DNA of 35,458 nucleotides, taken from assembly GCA_016218275.1 (NCBI GenBank), contig JACREK010000001.1, positions 1 to 35,458 on the forward strand. The letters are read 5' to 3'. Made by a program: the position numbers and the translations under genes. This DNA is from Candidatus Gottesmanbacteria bacterium. GTDB lineage: Bacteria; Patescibacteriota; Microgenomatia; 2-02-FULL-39-11. Every line of letters starts with the position of its first letter. Position 1 is the first letter of the stretch. The notes below the pieces were generated by a model. It saw only the letters and a program-made list of their open reading frames with translations, made no database searches and was not told the origin of the DNA. Below, piece after piece: positions 1 through 10,381 of this stretch.

Positions 1-302
1 CTTATAATCTGGTTAATATACCCAGATGGAGCAGTTGTCATAGCAGAGTCAGACAAAGCCCCAGCAGACACATCTGTGACCCAGGGAAATCCGCTTTTGA
101 CCGAATAATATCTGATTGCGGAATTATATACTTCGGTAGTCGTATTTCTTCTTGAAGTATCAGTACCTTTCTTTAACTGCTCAAAAGGATCAACAGTTGC
201 CAGAAGTCCTACCGCCAAAGCGCCCAAAAGTGCGATAACTATAAGAAGTTCGATCAGTGTAAAACCTTGATTAATTTTCAATTTTAAATTTTCAATTTTC
301 AA
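1..302 (-). CDS. Type IV pilin-like protein (prepilin N-terminal cleavage/methylation domain), partial; C-terminus lies beyond window start
   Basis: Absent from the ORF track because it runs off the window. The minus-strand frame is open from 302 to 1. Translation reads LKIENLKLKINQG/FTLIELLIVIALLGALAVGLLATVDPFEQLKKG..., the classic G-FTLIE prepilin motif with Glu+5 and a hydrophobic helix. AGGAGG lies at 315-320. There is no ATG; the start is TTG at 302 (12 nt from the SD) or ATT at 308 (6 nt). Confidence 0.75.
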   Translation of the reverse strand, partial: MKIENLKLKINQGFTLIELLIVIALLGALAVGLLATVDPFEQLKKGTDTSRRNTTTEVYNSAIRYYSVKSGFPWVTDVSAGALSDSAMTTAPSGYINQII

Positions 303-356
303 TTTAATTTTTCACCTCCTCCAAATTAGACCAATTGGTCTAATTAGACAAATTTG

Positions 357-1556
357 CTAGAACTTGCTTGTCAAAGAGTAAATCGGCAGAAGGACCGCCA
401 TGACCAAAAAACCGACTCCCAAGCCTAATACAACCATGATAAGAGGTTCCATAAGCGTTGTCAAGGAACGTATCGCCGTTTCTGCTTCAGTCTCAAAATA
501 TACCGATAATTTCATCAGAGAATCACCCAGTTTACCTGTCTGTTCGCCAACAGCTACCATCTGTCCTAAAATTGGCGGAAACAGGGGATTATTTGACAGA
601 GGCTCAGAGAGCGGAAAACCTTTTTCCACTTTTTTGGCCGCCGCAGAAAAAGTTTCTTTATATAATATATTTCCGGTGGCATTTTGAGATATTTCCAGTG
701 CCTGCAATATCGGCACTCCGCCTTCAACAAGCATTGATAATGTTCTAGTCACTTCAACCAGTGTAGCTTCCTTAATCAATGACCCGAAAACGGGTATTTT
801 CAAAGATAAAGCAGCCAATACATGTTTACCAAACCAGGTTTCTTTCCAGCGGAGAAAAAACATTACCAAAAAAACTGCACCTCCTATAATCAGATACCAT
901 GAATTGATAAGAAAAGAGGAAACGGCAATAAGAATCTGGGTAGGCACAGGGAGACTGACGCCGAATTCTTTATACATGGTGGTCAGTCTCGGTACTACCA
1001 CGGTCATCACGATAAATGTCACTATACCCATACCGCTGATAACAATTGTCGGATAGATAAGCGTTCCTCTGACCTTGCTGCGAAAACTGCGGGATTTTTC
1101 CAGATTATCGGCAAGTCTGGACAATATGACATCCAACTTTCCCGAAGCTTCTCCAGCTTTCACCAAAGCAATATAAATCGGCGGAAAAATTTTGGGATAT
1201 TTTTCCAGAACTTCGGCAAAAGATTTACCTCCTTGGACATCTGTGGCTATTTGATTTACCAGTTTTATAAGGGAGGGTTTTGACAACTGCTGCTGCAATA
1301 TGGAAAGTGACTCTACCAGAGTCAGCCCGGCGGTTATCATGGTTGCCAGCTGCCGTGTAAAATGGACCAGTTCATCAAAAGAAACTCTGTCTCCTCCCAA
1401 TGAAAGAGAAATCGGCGGAGTGTATTCTTTGATATTGATTACATATAGCCCCCGTTCGTGAAGAAGATTTGCAGCTTGGGGTAAAGTCGTTGCTTCAACT
1501 ATGCCTTTTTGTGTTTTTCCTTGATTGTCTTTTGCTTTATAGTTAAATCTGGCCAT
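357..1556 (-). CDS. pilC: Type IV pilus / T2SS platform protein, GspF/PilC family
   Basis: 399 aa polytopic protein with the duplicated GspF-type architecture. It lies between the pilin and PilT genes and abuts pilT with a 1-nt gap. Confidence 0.85.
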   Translation of the reverse strand: MARFNYKAKDNQGKTQKGIVEATTLPQAANLLHERGLYVINIKEYTPPISLSLGGDRVSFDELVHFTRQLATMITAGLTLVESLSILQQQLSKPSLIKLVNQIATDVQGGKSFAEVLEKYPKIFPPIYIALVKAGEASGKLDVILSRLADNLEKSRSFRSKVRGTLIYPTIVISGMGIVTFIVMTVVVPRLTTMYKEFGVSLPVPTQILIAVSSFLINSWYLIIGGAVFLVMFFLRWKETWFGKHVLAALSLKIPVFGSLIKEATLVEVTRTLSMLVEGGVPILQALEISQNATGNILYKETFSAAAKKVEKGFPLSEPLSNNPLFPPILGQMVAVGEQTGKLGDSLMKLSVYFETEAETAIRSLTTLMEPLIMVVLGLGVGFLVMAVLLPIYSLTSKF

Positions 1557-1557
1557 A

Positions 1558-2625
1558 TCAACGTTGCGCCAGCTGAAGATATCTCTCTGGCCTTATGGCA
1601 TACTCCAGCGCCACTTCATGGGAAACTACATTGTTTTCTACTAATTGGTGCAGATGTTCCTCAAAAAGTATCATTCCTTCTGCTTTCGATGTCTGAATAA
1701 TATTGTCAATCAGATGAGTTTTGCCTTCTCTTATCGTATTTTTAACGCTTGGATTCCCCAATAAAACTTCACAGACCGGTACCCGGCCAACGGCCATGCT
1801 TGGAACTAAACGTTGAGCTACAATTGCCGATATGACCATCGAAAGCTGGGACCGTACCTGGGACTGGGAAGATGCTGAAAAACTGTCGATAATCCTGTCA
1901 ATAGTTTGAGCAGCTGAGTTGGTATGCAGCGTGGAAAAAACCAGATGTCCCGTCTCGGCAATAGTCAAGGCGGAGGAAATTGTCTCAAAATCTCTCATCT
2001 CACCGATATAAACAACATCCGGATCTTCTCTCAAAATATTTCTAAGTGCGGAAGTCCAGGAGTGGGTATCCTGATACATTTCTCTTTGGGAAATTATGGA
2101 TTTGGCTTTTGTGTAGACATATTCAATCGGATCCTCAACTGTGATTATATGAGAGCTGCGGGTATTATTGATTTCGGCAATGATGGAAGCAAGTGTAGTA
2201 GACTTACCTTGTCCTGAAGCTCCAGTCAAAAGAACAAAACCCTGTTTCAATTTGGCAAATTCATGTAAAATCGGCGGCAGATTCAGTTCATCTATTGTGG
2301 CAACTGTTGCCGGAATCAGACGGAAAGATGCGGAAAGAGTATTCCTTTGGAAGTAAGCATTACCCCGGAATCGTATTTCTTTACCATCAGAAGTAGTTAC
2401 TACGGTTGAAAAATCCAGCTCCTTGTTGGCAAGCAAAAGTTCTTTTTGGGCAGGATTTATAAGTGCAAAAATCATCTGTTCGACATCTGCGCAAGTTAGC
2501 TCTGGAAAAGTTATCAAAGAATGAAGCTGTCCATGAATCCGCAACGTTGGTACATGAGCAACAACCAGATGCAAATCCGAGGCATTGCGGGTTAATGTAA
2601 CAGTAAGAAGCTCACGGATATCCAT
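1558..2625 (-). CDS. pilT: PilT-type twitching-motility (retraction) ATPase
   Basis: 355 aa. Walker A GASGQGKST, Walker B/Asp box DPDVVYIGEMRD, His box TGHLVFSTLHTNSA. Size and N-terminus are typical of PilT rather than PilB. Confidence 0.85.
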   Translation of the reverse strand: MDIRELLTVTLTRNASDLHLVVAHVPTLRIHGQLHSLITFPELTCADVEQMIFALINPAQKELLLANKELDFSTVVTTSDGKEIRFRGNAYFQRNTLSASFRLIPATVATIDELNLPPILHEFAKLKQGFVLLTGASGQGKSTTLASIIAEINNTRSSHIITVEDPIEYVYTKAKSIISQREMYQDTHSWTSALRNILREDPDVVYIGEMRDFETISSALTIAETGHLVFSTLHTNSAAQTIDRIIDSFSASSQSQVRSQLSMVISAIVAQRLVPSMAVGRVPVCEVLLGNPSVKNTIREGKTHLIDNIIQTSKAEGMILFEEHLHQLVENNVVSHEVALEYAIRPERYLQLAQR

Positions 2626-2637
2626 AAATTTTTCGTA

Positions 2638-2808
2638 ATCGTTCAGGAATAGTCAAAACTTTGTCATTCCGAGTGTAACGAGGAATCTCTCGCGTATGCG
2701 AGCTCGAACAAGCCTGCACTGAGCTTGTCGAATGTGTCGAGAGATTGCTTCGTCACGCATTATCATGCGTTCCTCGCAATGACATTTCTTTGTCAAATCC
2801 TGAACGAT
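2638..2808. repeat. Composite nested palindrome in the pilB-pilT gap
   Basis: The outer 11-bp perfect inverted repeat is ATCGTTCAGGA (2638-2648) against TCCTGAACGAT (2798-2808). It encloses a 120-bp imperfect palindrome running from GTCATTCCGAG (2663) to CCTCGCAATGAC (2783). Confidence 0.85.
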
Positions 2809-2853
2809 TACATAAAATTAGTGTTTATAAGTTCTTGTGTTCTTCAGTTTTTA

Positions 2854-4557
2854 TTACTCCTGAGCTACTCTAAGTATTTCTTCAATGGTGGTAATTCCTT
2901 CTATAACTTTGAGGTATCCATCCTGTTTCATCGTAATCATTCCTTCTTCTCTTGCCTGTTTTTCTATATCATCAGCCGAGCCTCTTTCCAAAATCAGTTT
3001 GGCAGAAGCTTGGGATATGCTGACAACTTCAAAAATTCCAATCCTGCCCAAATATCCGGTATTGTTGCATTCTTTGCAGCCCCGTCCGCGGAAAAGTTCT
3101 AATTCTTTTTTATCCGGCGGATATAGATTGCCCAAAATATTTTTAATATCAGCGGCTACTTCCAAAGAGGGAGTATAAGTTTCTTTACAGACGGTACAAA
3201 TTTTTCTGGTAATTCTTTGAGCTTCCACCGCATTTAATACCGAAACCACCAAAAATGGTTCGGCGCCAAGGTCAAGCAGTCTGGGTATAGCTGTTGCGGC
3301 ATTGTTGGTATGCAGCGTGGAAAAAACCAGATGTCCCGTTAAAGCTGCCTGGATGGCCAGATTTACGGTTTCATTATCACGTATTTCACCAACCAAAATG
3401 ATATTGGGATCCTGCCGCAAAAAAGACCGCAAACCAGAGGCAAAAGTGAGCCCTGCCGTCGGATTTACCTGCACCTGGTTCAGCCCGACTATCTCATATT
3501 CCACCGGATCTTCCAATGTCACTATATTCACTTTCTCCGTATTAAGCTTGGTCAGGAGGGAATAAAGAGTTGTCGTTTTTCCGCTTCCTGTCGGCCCGGT
3601 CACCAGAATAATTCCGTGCGGTCTGGTGACTGCAGTTTCCAGATTTTTCAAAGATATGCCGCGCAGTCCCAACTCATTCAAACTGGGAATTCCGCCTGTC
3701 TTTTTCAACAGTCTCATCACCACTTTCTCGCCATGCATGGTAGGAAGTGTTGAAACCCTCAAATCCACTTCTTCTTGGGCAAGCTTGAAATTAAAACGTC
3801 CGTCTTGAGGTATACGGCGTTCGTCAATCTTCATATCCGAGAGAATTTTTATTCTGGAAATAACCGCTTCATTCATCGCTTTGGGAAGAGCAAGCTTTTC
3901 ATGTAATATTCCGTCTATTCTATAGCGCACGCGGACTCTTCCCTCCTGAGGTTCGATATGGACATCTGAGGCGCGACTGCGAACGGCATACTCAAGGATT
4001 GTAGAAACAATTTTGGCAATCGGAGCCTCTTTTATAATTTTCCCGATATTTTCCGCTTCAATAGTTTTTACTTCACCTTCACTTGTCTCTTTTAGTGCCT
4101 CTGATACTTCCGTTGATAATCCTGCGGAATATTCCTCTTCTATCTTTTGCATTATTTCGCCTTCTTTGGCCAAATAGGGAACTATGGATTTACCCGCCTT
4201 CTGTTCCAGGAATTCAATCAGAGGAAGATCCATCGGCTCTACCATCGCCACTTTCAGCTTATCTTCTTTTTTATCCAACTCAAAAGGAATCAGTTTGTAT
4301 TTTCGGGCGACCGGCTCTGGTATAAAGTTGAGAATCTCGGGAGAAATACCCCGGCCAACCAGGGAGACATAAGGAACGTGTACAATTTGGGCTTTTGACT
4401 GCAGGAGCGTATCCTCATCGACAATATTTTTGGAAAGAAGTATTTCTGAAACAGTACGGCCTGAATTGATGGCAGAAACTTTTATTTCCTCGGCCATCGC
4501 TTCTGTGATTCGACCGCTGTCTAATAAAGTAGTTAGAATTTGTTGATCAACATTCAT
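2854..4557 (-). CDS. pilB: PilB/GspE-type pilus assembly ATPase
   Basis: 567 aa. It has a GspE-N-like N-terminal domain, Walker A GPTGSGKTT, LVGEIRD, TGHLVFSTLHTNNA, and a tetracysteine cluster CTVCK...CKEC. Confidence 0.9.
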   Translation of the reverse strand: MNVDQQILTTLLDSGRITEAMAEEIKVSAINSGRTVSEILLSKNIVDEDTLLQSKAQIVHVPYVSLVGRGISPEILNFIPEPVARKYKLIPFELDKKEDKLKVAMVEPMDLPLIEFLEQKAGKSIVPYLAKEGEIMQKIEEEYSAGLSTEVSEALKETSEGEVKTIEAENIGKIIKEAPIAKIVSTILEYAVRSRASDVHIEPQEGRVRVRYRIDGILHEKLALPKAMNEAVISRIKILSDMKIDERRIPQDGRFNFKLAQEEVDLRVSTLPTMHGEKVVMRLLKKTGGIPSLNELGLRGISLKNLETAVTRPHGIILVTGPTGSGKTTTLYSLLTKLNTEKVNIVTLEDPVEYEIVGLNQVQVNPTAGLTFASGLRSFLRQDPNIILVGEIRDNETVNLAIQAALTGHLVFSTLHTNNAATAIPRLLDLGAEPFLVVSVLNAVEAQRITRKICTVCKETYTPSLEVAADIKNILGNLYPPDKKELELFRGRGCKECNNTGYLGRIGIFEVVSISQASAKLILERGSADDIEKQAREEGMITMKQDGYLKVIEGITTIEEILRVAQE

Positions 4558-4625
4558 GGGCAGGAAATTAAAATCTTAAATCCAAATATCGAAATCACAA
4601 ATAATATCTAAATGACAGTCAACCT

Positions 4626-4694
4626 GTCATCCCGACCAAAGTGGAGGGATCTCTAAAAATATTTAGAGAGATTCCTCGACAAGCTCGGAATGAC
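4626..4694. repeat. GTCATYCCGA-family palindrome (core)
   Basis: GTCATCCCGACCAAAGTGGAGGGATCTCTAAAAATATTTAGAGAGATTCCTCGACAAGCTCGGAATGAC. Weaker arm similarity extends outward to about 4590-4735. Confidence 0.8.
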
Positions 4695-4798
4695 ACAAAG
4701 TGTCAATTTATTTAGGATTTCGGATTTCGTGCTTCGAATTTATGGATTATTTCTATTATCTCCATTCTGGCGTATAATTGTCAACAGAGGAAAGCAAT

Positions 4799-5473
4799 AT
4801 GCAAACCTATCTAATAGCTTCTAACAATCAATTGTTTGTCAACGAACAAGTCGAAAAGATAAAGAAACAACTCAATGTTTCTCCTTTTAATCTTCATGAA
4901 ATAACACCTTCTCCGTCAATTTCAATTGCAACTGTCCGAAATATTACTGCGATTTTAAGCCGCAAACCGTATGGAGGCGGCGGCAGACTGCTGATTATAA
5001 GAGGTGTGGAAAAAGCAACTCTTGAGGCGGCAAATGCCATGCTGAAATTATTGGAAGAACCGCCACCGGAAAATATAATCATCTTAACCTGTGACAATAT
5101 AAACCGACTTTTGCCAACTATTGTCTCCCGCTGTCAGATAATTGTGGATAGTCAAGGAACCGGCGGGAATTTAACTGATTTTGAAAAGATAACTTCCCTG
5201 GTCAAAAAGATTATTCTGGCTTCAACCGGAGAGAGGTTGTTGATGGCGGGGGATCTGGCAAAAGGAAAAGAAGACACCCTTTTGTTTTTGGATTCTCTTC
5301 TTTTTGTTCTGGAAAAAAATCTTCACCGGAAGTCAAAAGACATTCCTCTTTCTCCCGTTGAAATCAGTTCTATCATTACAAAAGTATTGGCGGCAAAACG
5401 CTATATTGAAAGAAATGTTAATTTTAAAGCTACTTTGGATATACTTTTTTTAGGCTTTCCAAAATCTCACTAG
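4799..5473 (+). CDS. holB: DNA polymerase III delta-prime (HolB)-like clamp-loader subunit
   Basis: LKLLEEPPPENIIILTCDNINRLLPTIVSRCQII is the HolB/AAA+ sensor-1 SRC signature. The track start at 4778 is a TTG. ATG 4799 is preceded by GAGG at 4787-4790 and is preferred. Confidence 0.7.
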   Translation: MQTYLIASNNQLFVNEQVEKIKKQLNVSPFNLHEITPSPSISIATVRNITAILSRKPYGGGGRLLIIRGVEKATLEAANAMLKLLEEPPPENIIILTCDNINRLLPTIVSRCQIIVDSQGTGGNLTDFEKITSLVKKIILASTGERLLMAGDLAKGKEDTLLFLDSLLFVLEKNLHRKSKDIPLSPVEISSIITKVLAAKRYIERNVNFKATLDILFLGFPKSH

Positions 5474-5498
5474 GCAAACGTAGGCAAACTAGGCAAAC
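5471..5498. repeat. Tandem TAGGCAAAC(G) x3
   Basis: Three head-to-tail copies at 5471, 5481 and 5490. The first contains the holB stop codon. Confidence 0.8.
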
Positions 5499-6257
5499 GA
5501 AACGGGTTCGTTTTATATATGATGAACCGGTAGAATTACTCAAGAAGAAGATGTTTTATATACGATAACTTCCTCTGATAATCTTTCTGATCCAGAACAA
5601 ATTTTTGATAATTCTCCCTTGAGATATTAGCTATTATCATTCTTGGGTCAACTATATTAGATTTTTCTTTTCCCAGATAGATCAAATAAGAAGAGTAGGG
5701 ATAGTCCTCAGGTTTTTCAACTAAATAGCCAGTAACTGGATTAAGATGAATATAACGAGAAAGATGGAAAAGTTGCTCATCTGTTTCTACTCGTACCGCT
5801 TTGAAATTTCCCTCAAAGACCGGACCTTTTGTCTGAGATTTTAGATTAAAATAATGAGCATAACTATTAGAAAGTCTCTGAATAAATTGTCTTATTCCAT
5901 TGTCCATCTCTTGTTTGAGGGTAAAATGAAAATGGGTAGGCATGAGACAAAAATTAATGATGGTAACGGTTCTTTTCTTAAAATCAACCGAGTATTTGTT
6001 TTTATGGCTACGATAAATTGAAAATCGTATTGGAGGATTGGCTTGGAGATAATATTCTATCGCTTCAAAGAATAACTGATAATCCCACTTTGTATTGAAA
6101 ATTGGGATTGTGCGAACGGAACGATTGAAAATATGATAGACTTCACCACTCGCTAAAATCGTCCTTCTATGTCCCATCGATTTTTACTCTACCTTAAATT
6201 TACCGGTTCGTCAATAGGAAAACGAACCGGGATCGTTAAGACTGAACCCGTTTCGTT
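5496..6257 (-). mobile_element. RAYT/IS200-like unit: Y1 transposase gene bracketed by two nested inverted-repeat pairs
   Basis: AACGAAACGGGTTC (5496-5509) is the exact reverse complement of GAACCCGTTTCGTT (6244-6257). The inner pair is TGAACCGGTA (5523-5532) against TACCGGTTCG (6201-6210), matching 9 of 10. There is an extra local hairpin, CCGGTTCGT (6203-6211) with ACGAACCGG (6222-6230). Confidence 0.7.
5536..6177 (-). CDS. IS200/IS605-type Y1 (HUH) transposase, REP-associated tyrosine transposase (RAYT)-like
   Basis: 213 aa. HUH motif in PTHFHFTL. A C-terminal Tyr motif RYIHLNPV is followed by PEDYPYSSY, as in RAYT/Y1_Tnp proteins. Confidence 0.8.
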   Translation of the reverse strand: MGHRRTILASGEVYHIFNRSVRTIPIFNTKWDYQLFFEAIEYYLQANPPIRFSIYRSHKNKYSVDFKKRTVTIINFCLMPTHFHFTLKQEMDNGIRQFIQRLSNSYAHYFNLKSQTKGPVFEGNFKAVRVETDEQLFHLSRYIHLNPVTGYLVEKPEDYPYSSYLIYLGKEKSNIVDPRMIIANISRENYQKFVLDQKDYQRKLSYIKHLLLE

Positions 6258-6278
6258 AAAATTGCACGGGGTGGGGTA

Positions 6279-6307
6279 TTGATAAACCAATAAACCTTGG
6301 CTATAAT
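6279..6307 (+). promoter_or_regulatory. Sigma70-type promoter upstream of gyrB
   Basis: TTGATA (6279-6284), a 17-nt spacer, then TATAAT (6302-6307). The predicted TSS falls about at the GTG start (6314). Confidence 0.55.
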
Positions 6308-6310
6308 TGA

Positions 6311-8314
<2,004 letters not shown>

Positions 8315-8328
8315 AAAGGAGTACTTTT

Positions 8329-10344
8329 ATGTCCTATCTTAATCTTTCCATTGGCGCCGGACTTTTGGCCGTCTTTTACGGATTATTCCAGACATGGAAA
8401 ATTTTAAAACTTCCAAAAGGAACTGCCGATATGGTCTCAATTTCCGATGCAATTGCAGAAGGAGCAAGCGCCTTTTTAAACAGACAATATAAAACTGTAG
8501 CTATTTTTGCTGTTGTCATATTTTTTATTCTCTATTTTACTTTGGGACTGCTGTCAGCCGTTGCTTTTGCCATCGGTGCAGTATGTTCGGCAGTTGCCGG
8601 TTTTATCGGTATGAATGTTGCGGTACGCGCCAATGTCCGCTGTACAGAAGCTGCCAAAAAGGGATTATCTGAGGCCTTATCTGTAGCTTTTGCAGGAGGA
8701 AGCGTTACCGGTCTGATTGTGGCCGGCCTTGCGTTATTAGCAGTTTCTATTACTTACCTTCTAATTTCTAACCTCCAACCTCTAACCTCCAATCTTCAGC
8801 CTTTGGTTGCCCTTGGTTTTGGCGGATCTCTTATTTCTGTCTTTGCCAGACTGGGAGGAGGAATTTATACCAAAGGTGCAGACGTAGGTACGGATATGGT
8901 CGGAAAAATAGAAAAAGGAATTCCTGAGGATGACCCGAGAAATCCGGGAGTGATTGCCGATTTGGTAGGGGATAATGTCGGTGATGATGCCGGAATGGCG
9001 GCAGACCTTTTCGAAACCTATGTTGTCACCGCTGTTGCGGTAATGCTCTTGGCCCAACTGATGCTGCCTATGTTTAATAATGCGCTTATTTTCCCCATTG
9101 CGGTCGGCGGCGGCGGCATAGTCTCATCAATACTGGGTACATTTTTTGTTCGACTAAGTAGTAATGGTAAAATCATGCCTGCTTTATATAAAGGCCTTAT
9201 CGCTACAACCATATTTTCCGTTTTGATATTTTATTTCATCACAAAAACGCTGATGGATGGCAACGGTTTGTATGAGAGTATAAATCTTTATATTGCGGCC
9301 TTGATAGGTATTGCAGTCACTGTAGGGATGGTGGCAATTACCGAATATTTTACCTCAAAAAATTATTCACCGGTGAAAAGTATTGCTTATGCCGGGAATA
9401 CCGGACACGGTACAAATATTATTGCCGGTCTGGCAATATCCATGAAATCAACATTTCCGCCTATCCTTTTGATAGCTGGAGCAATATTTTCCTCATACTT
9501 TCTGGCAGGACTTTATGGGGTAGCTCTTTCTGCCATGTCCATGCTTTCCCTCACCGGAATAGTGGTTGCCATAGATGCATTTGGACCGATTACGGATAAT
9601 GCCGGAGGAATAGCGGAGATGACCCATCAAAGCGAAAAAGTGAGAAAAGTTACGGATGCACTTGATGCGGTAGGAAATACAACCAAAGCAGTCACCAAAG
9701 CATACGCTATTGCCTCGGCGGGACTGGCGGCTTTAGTTTTATTCGCCAGCTATACGCAGGAATTATCCAAATCAACTACCGGACAATTATCATTTTCGCT
9801 GTCAGATCCAAAAGTCTTAATCGGTCTTTTGATTGGAGCATCACTGCCTTATCTTTTTGGAGCATTGGCGATGGAAGCGGTAGGAAAAGCAGCCGAGGAA
9901 GTTGTACTGGAGGTGAGGCGCCAGTTTAGGGAAATTAAAGGCATTATGGAAGGAAAAGAGAAACCCCAGTACGGACAGGCTGTCGATATAGTTACCCAAG
10001 CTGCAATCAGGGAGATGATACTGCCTGCGAGCCTTCCTGTGATTACCCCGATTCTGGTTGGATTTTTGCTTGGCAGCGCTGCCCTTGGAGGAGTGCTTGT
10101 AGGTACAATTATTACCGGACTTTTTGTCGCTATCTCCATGACTACCGGAGGCGCTGCTTGGGATAATGCTAAAAAATATATAGAAGAAGGAAACCTCGGC
10201 GGAAAAGGAGGCAGTGCCCATCAAGCGGCGGTCACAGGAGATACGGTCGGAGACCCTTATAAAGATACGGCCGGACCGGCAATAAACCCGATGATAAAAG
10301 TGGCAAATATTGTGGCGCTTTTGATCGCGCCTTTCCTTAAGTGA
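8329..10344 (+). CDS. hppA: Membrane-bound proton/sodium-translocating pyrophosphatase
   Basis: 671 aa polytopic protein. Motifs: [63 protein letters not shown] at 8316-8321. Confidence 0.95.
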   Translation: MSYLNLSIGAGLLAVFYGLFQTWKILKLPKGTADMVSISDAIAEGASAFLNRQYKTVAIFAVVIFFILYFTLGLLSAVAFAIGAVCSAVAGFIGMNVAVRANVRCTEAAKKGLSEALSVAFAGGSVTGLIVAGLALLAVSITYLLISNLQPLTSNLQPLVALGFGGSLISVFARLGGGIYTKGADVGTDMVGKIEKGIPEDDPRNPGVIADLVGDNVGDDAGMAADLFETYVVTAVAVMLLAQLMLPMFNNALIFPIAVGGGGIVSSILGTFFVRLSSNGKIMPALYKGLIATTIFSVLIFYFITKTLMDGNGLYESINLYIAALIGIAVTVGMVAITEYFTSKNYSPVKSIAYAGNTGHGTNIIAGLAISMKSTFPPILLIAGAIFSSYFLAGLYGVALSAMSMLSLTGIVVAIDAFGPITDNAGGIAEMTHQSEKVRKVTDALDAVGNTTKAVTKAYAIASAGLAALVLFASYTQELSKSTTGQLSFSLSDPKVLIGLLIGASLPYLFGALAMEAVGKAAEEVVLEVRRQFREIKGIMEGKEKPQYGQAVDIVTQAAIREMILPASLPVITPILVGFLLGSAALGGVLVGTIITGLFVAISMTTGGAAWDNAKKYIEEGNLGGKGGSAHQAAVTGDTVGDPYKDTAGPAINPMIKVANIVALLIAPFLK

Positions 10345-10372
10345 CCTAAGTAACTTAGGTAACTTAAGTGAC
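10336..10372. repeat. CTTAAGTGAC / CCTAAGTAACTTAGG repeat cluster at the hppA stop
   Basis: Direct 10-mer CTTAAGTGAC at 10336 and 10363 flanks the 15-nt palindrome CCTAAGTAACTTAGG (10345-10359). Related copies lie at 14047-14068 and 34304-34325. Confidence 0.7.
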
Positions 10373-10381
10373 TTTTGACTT

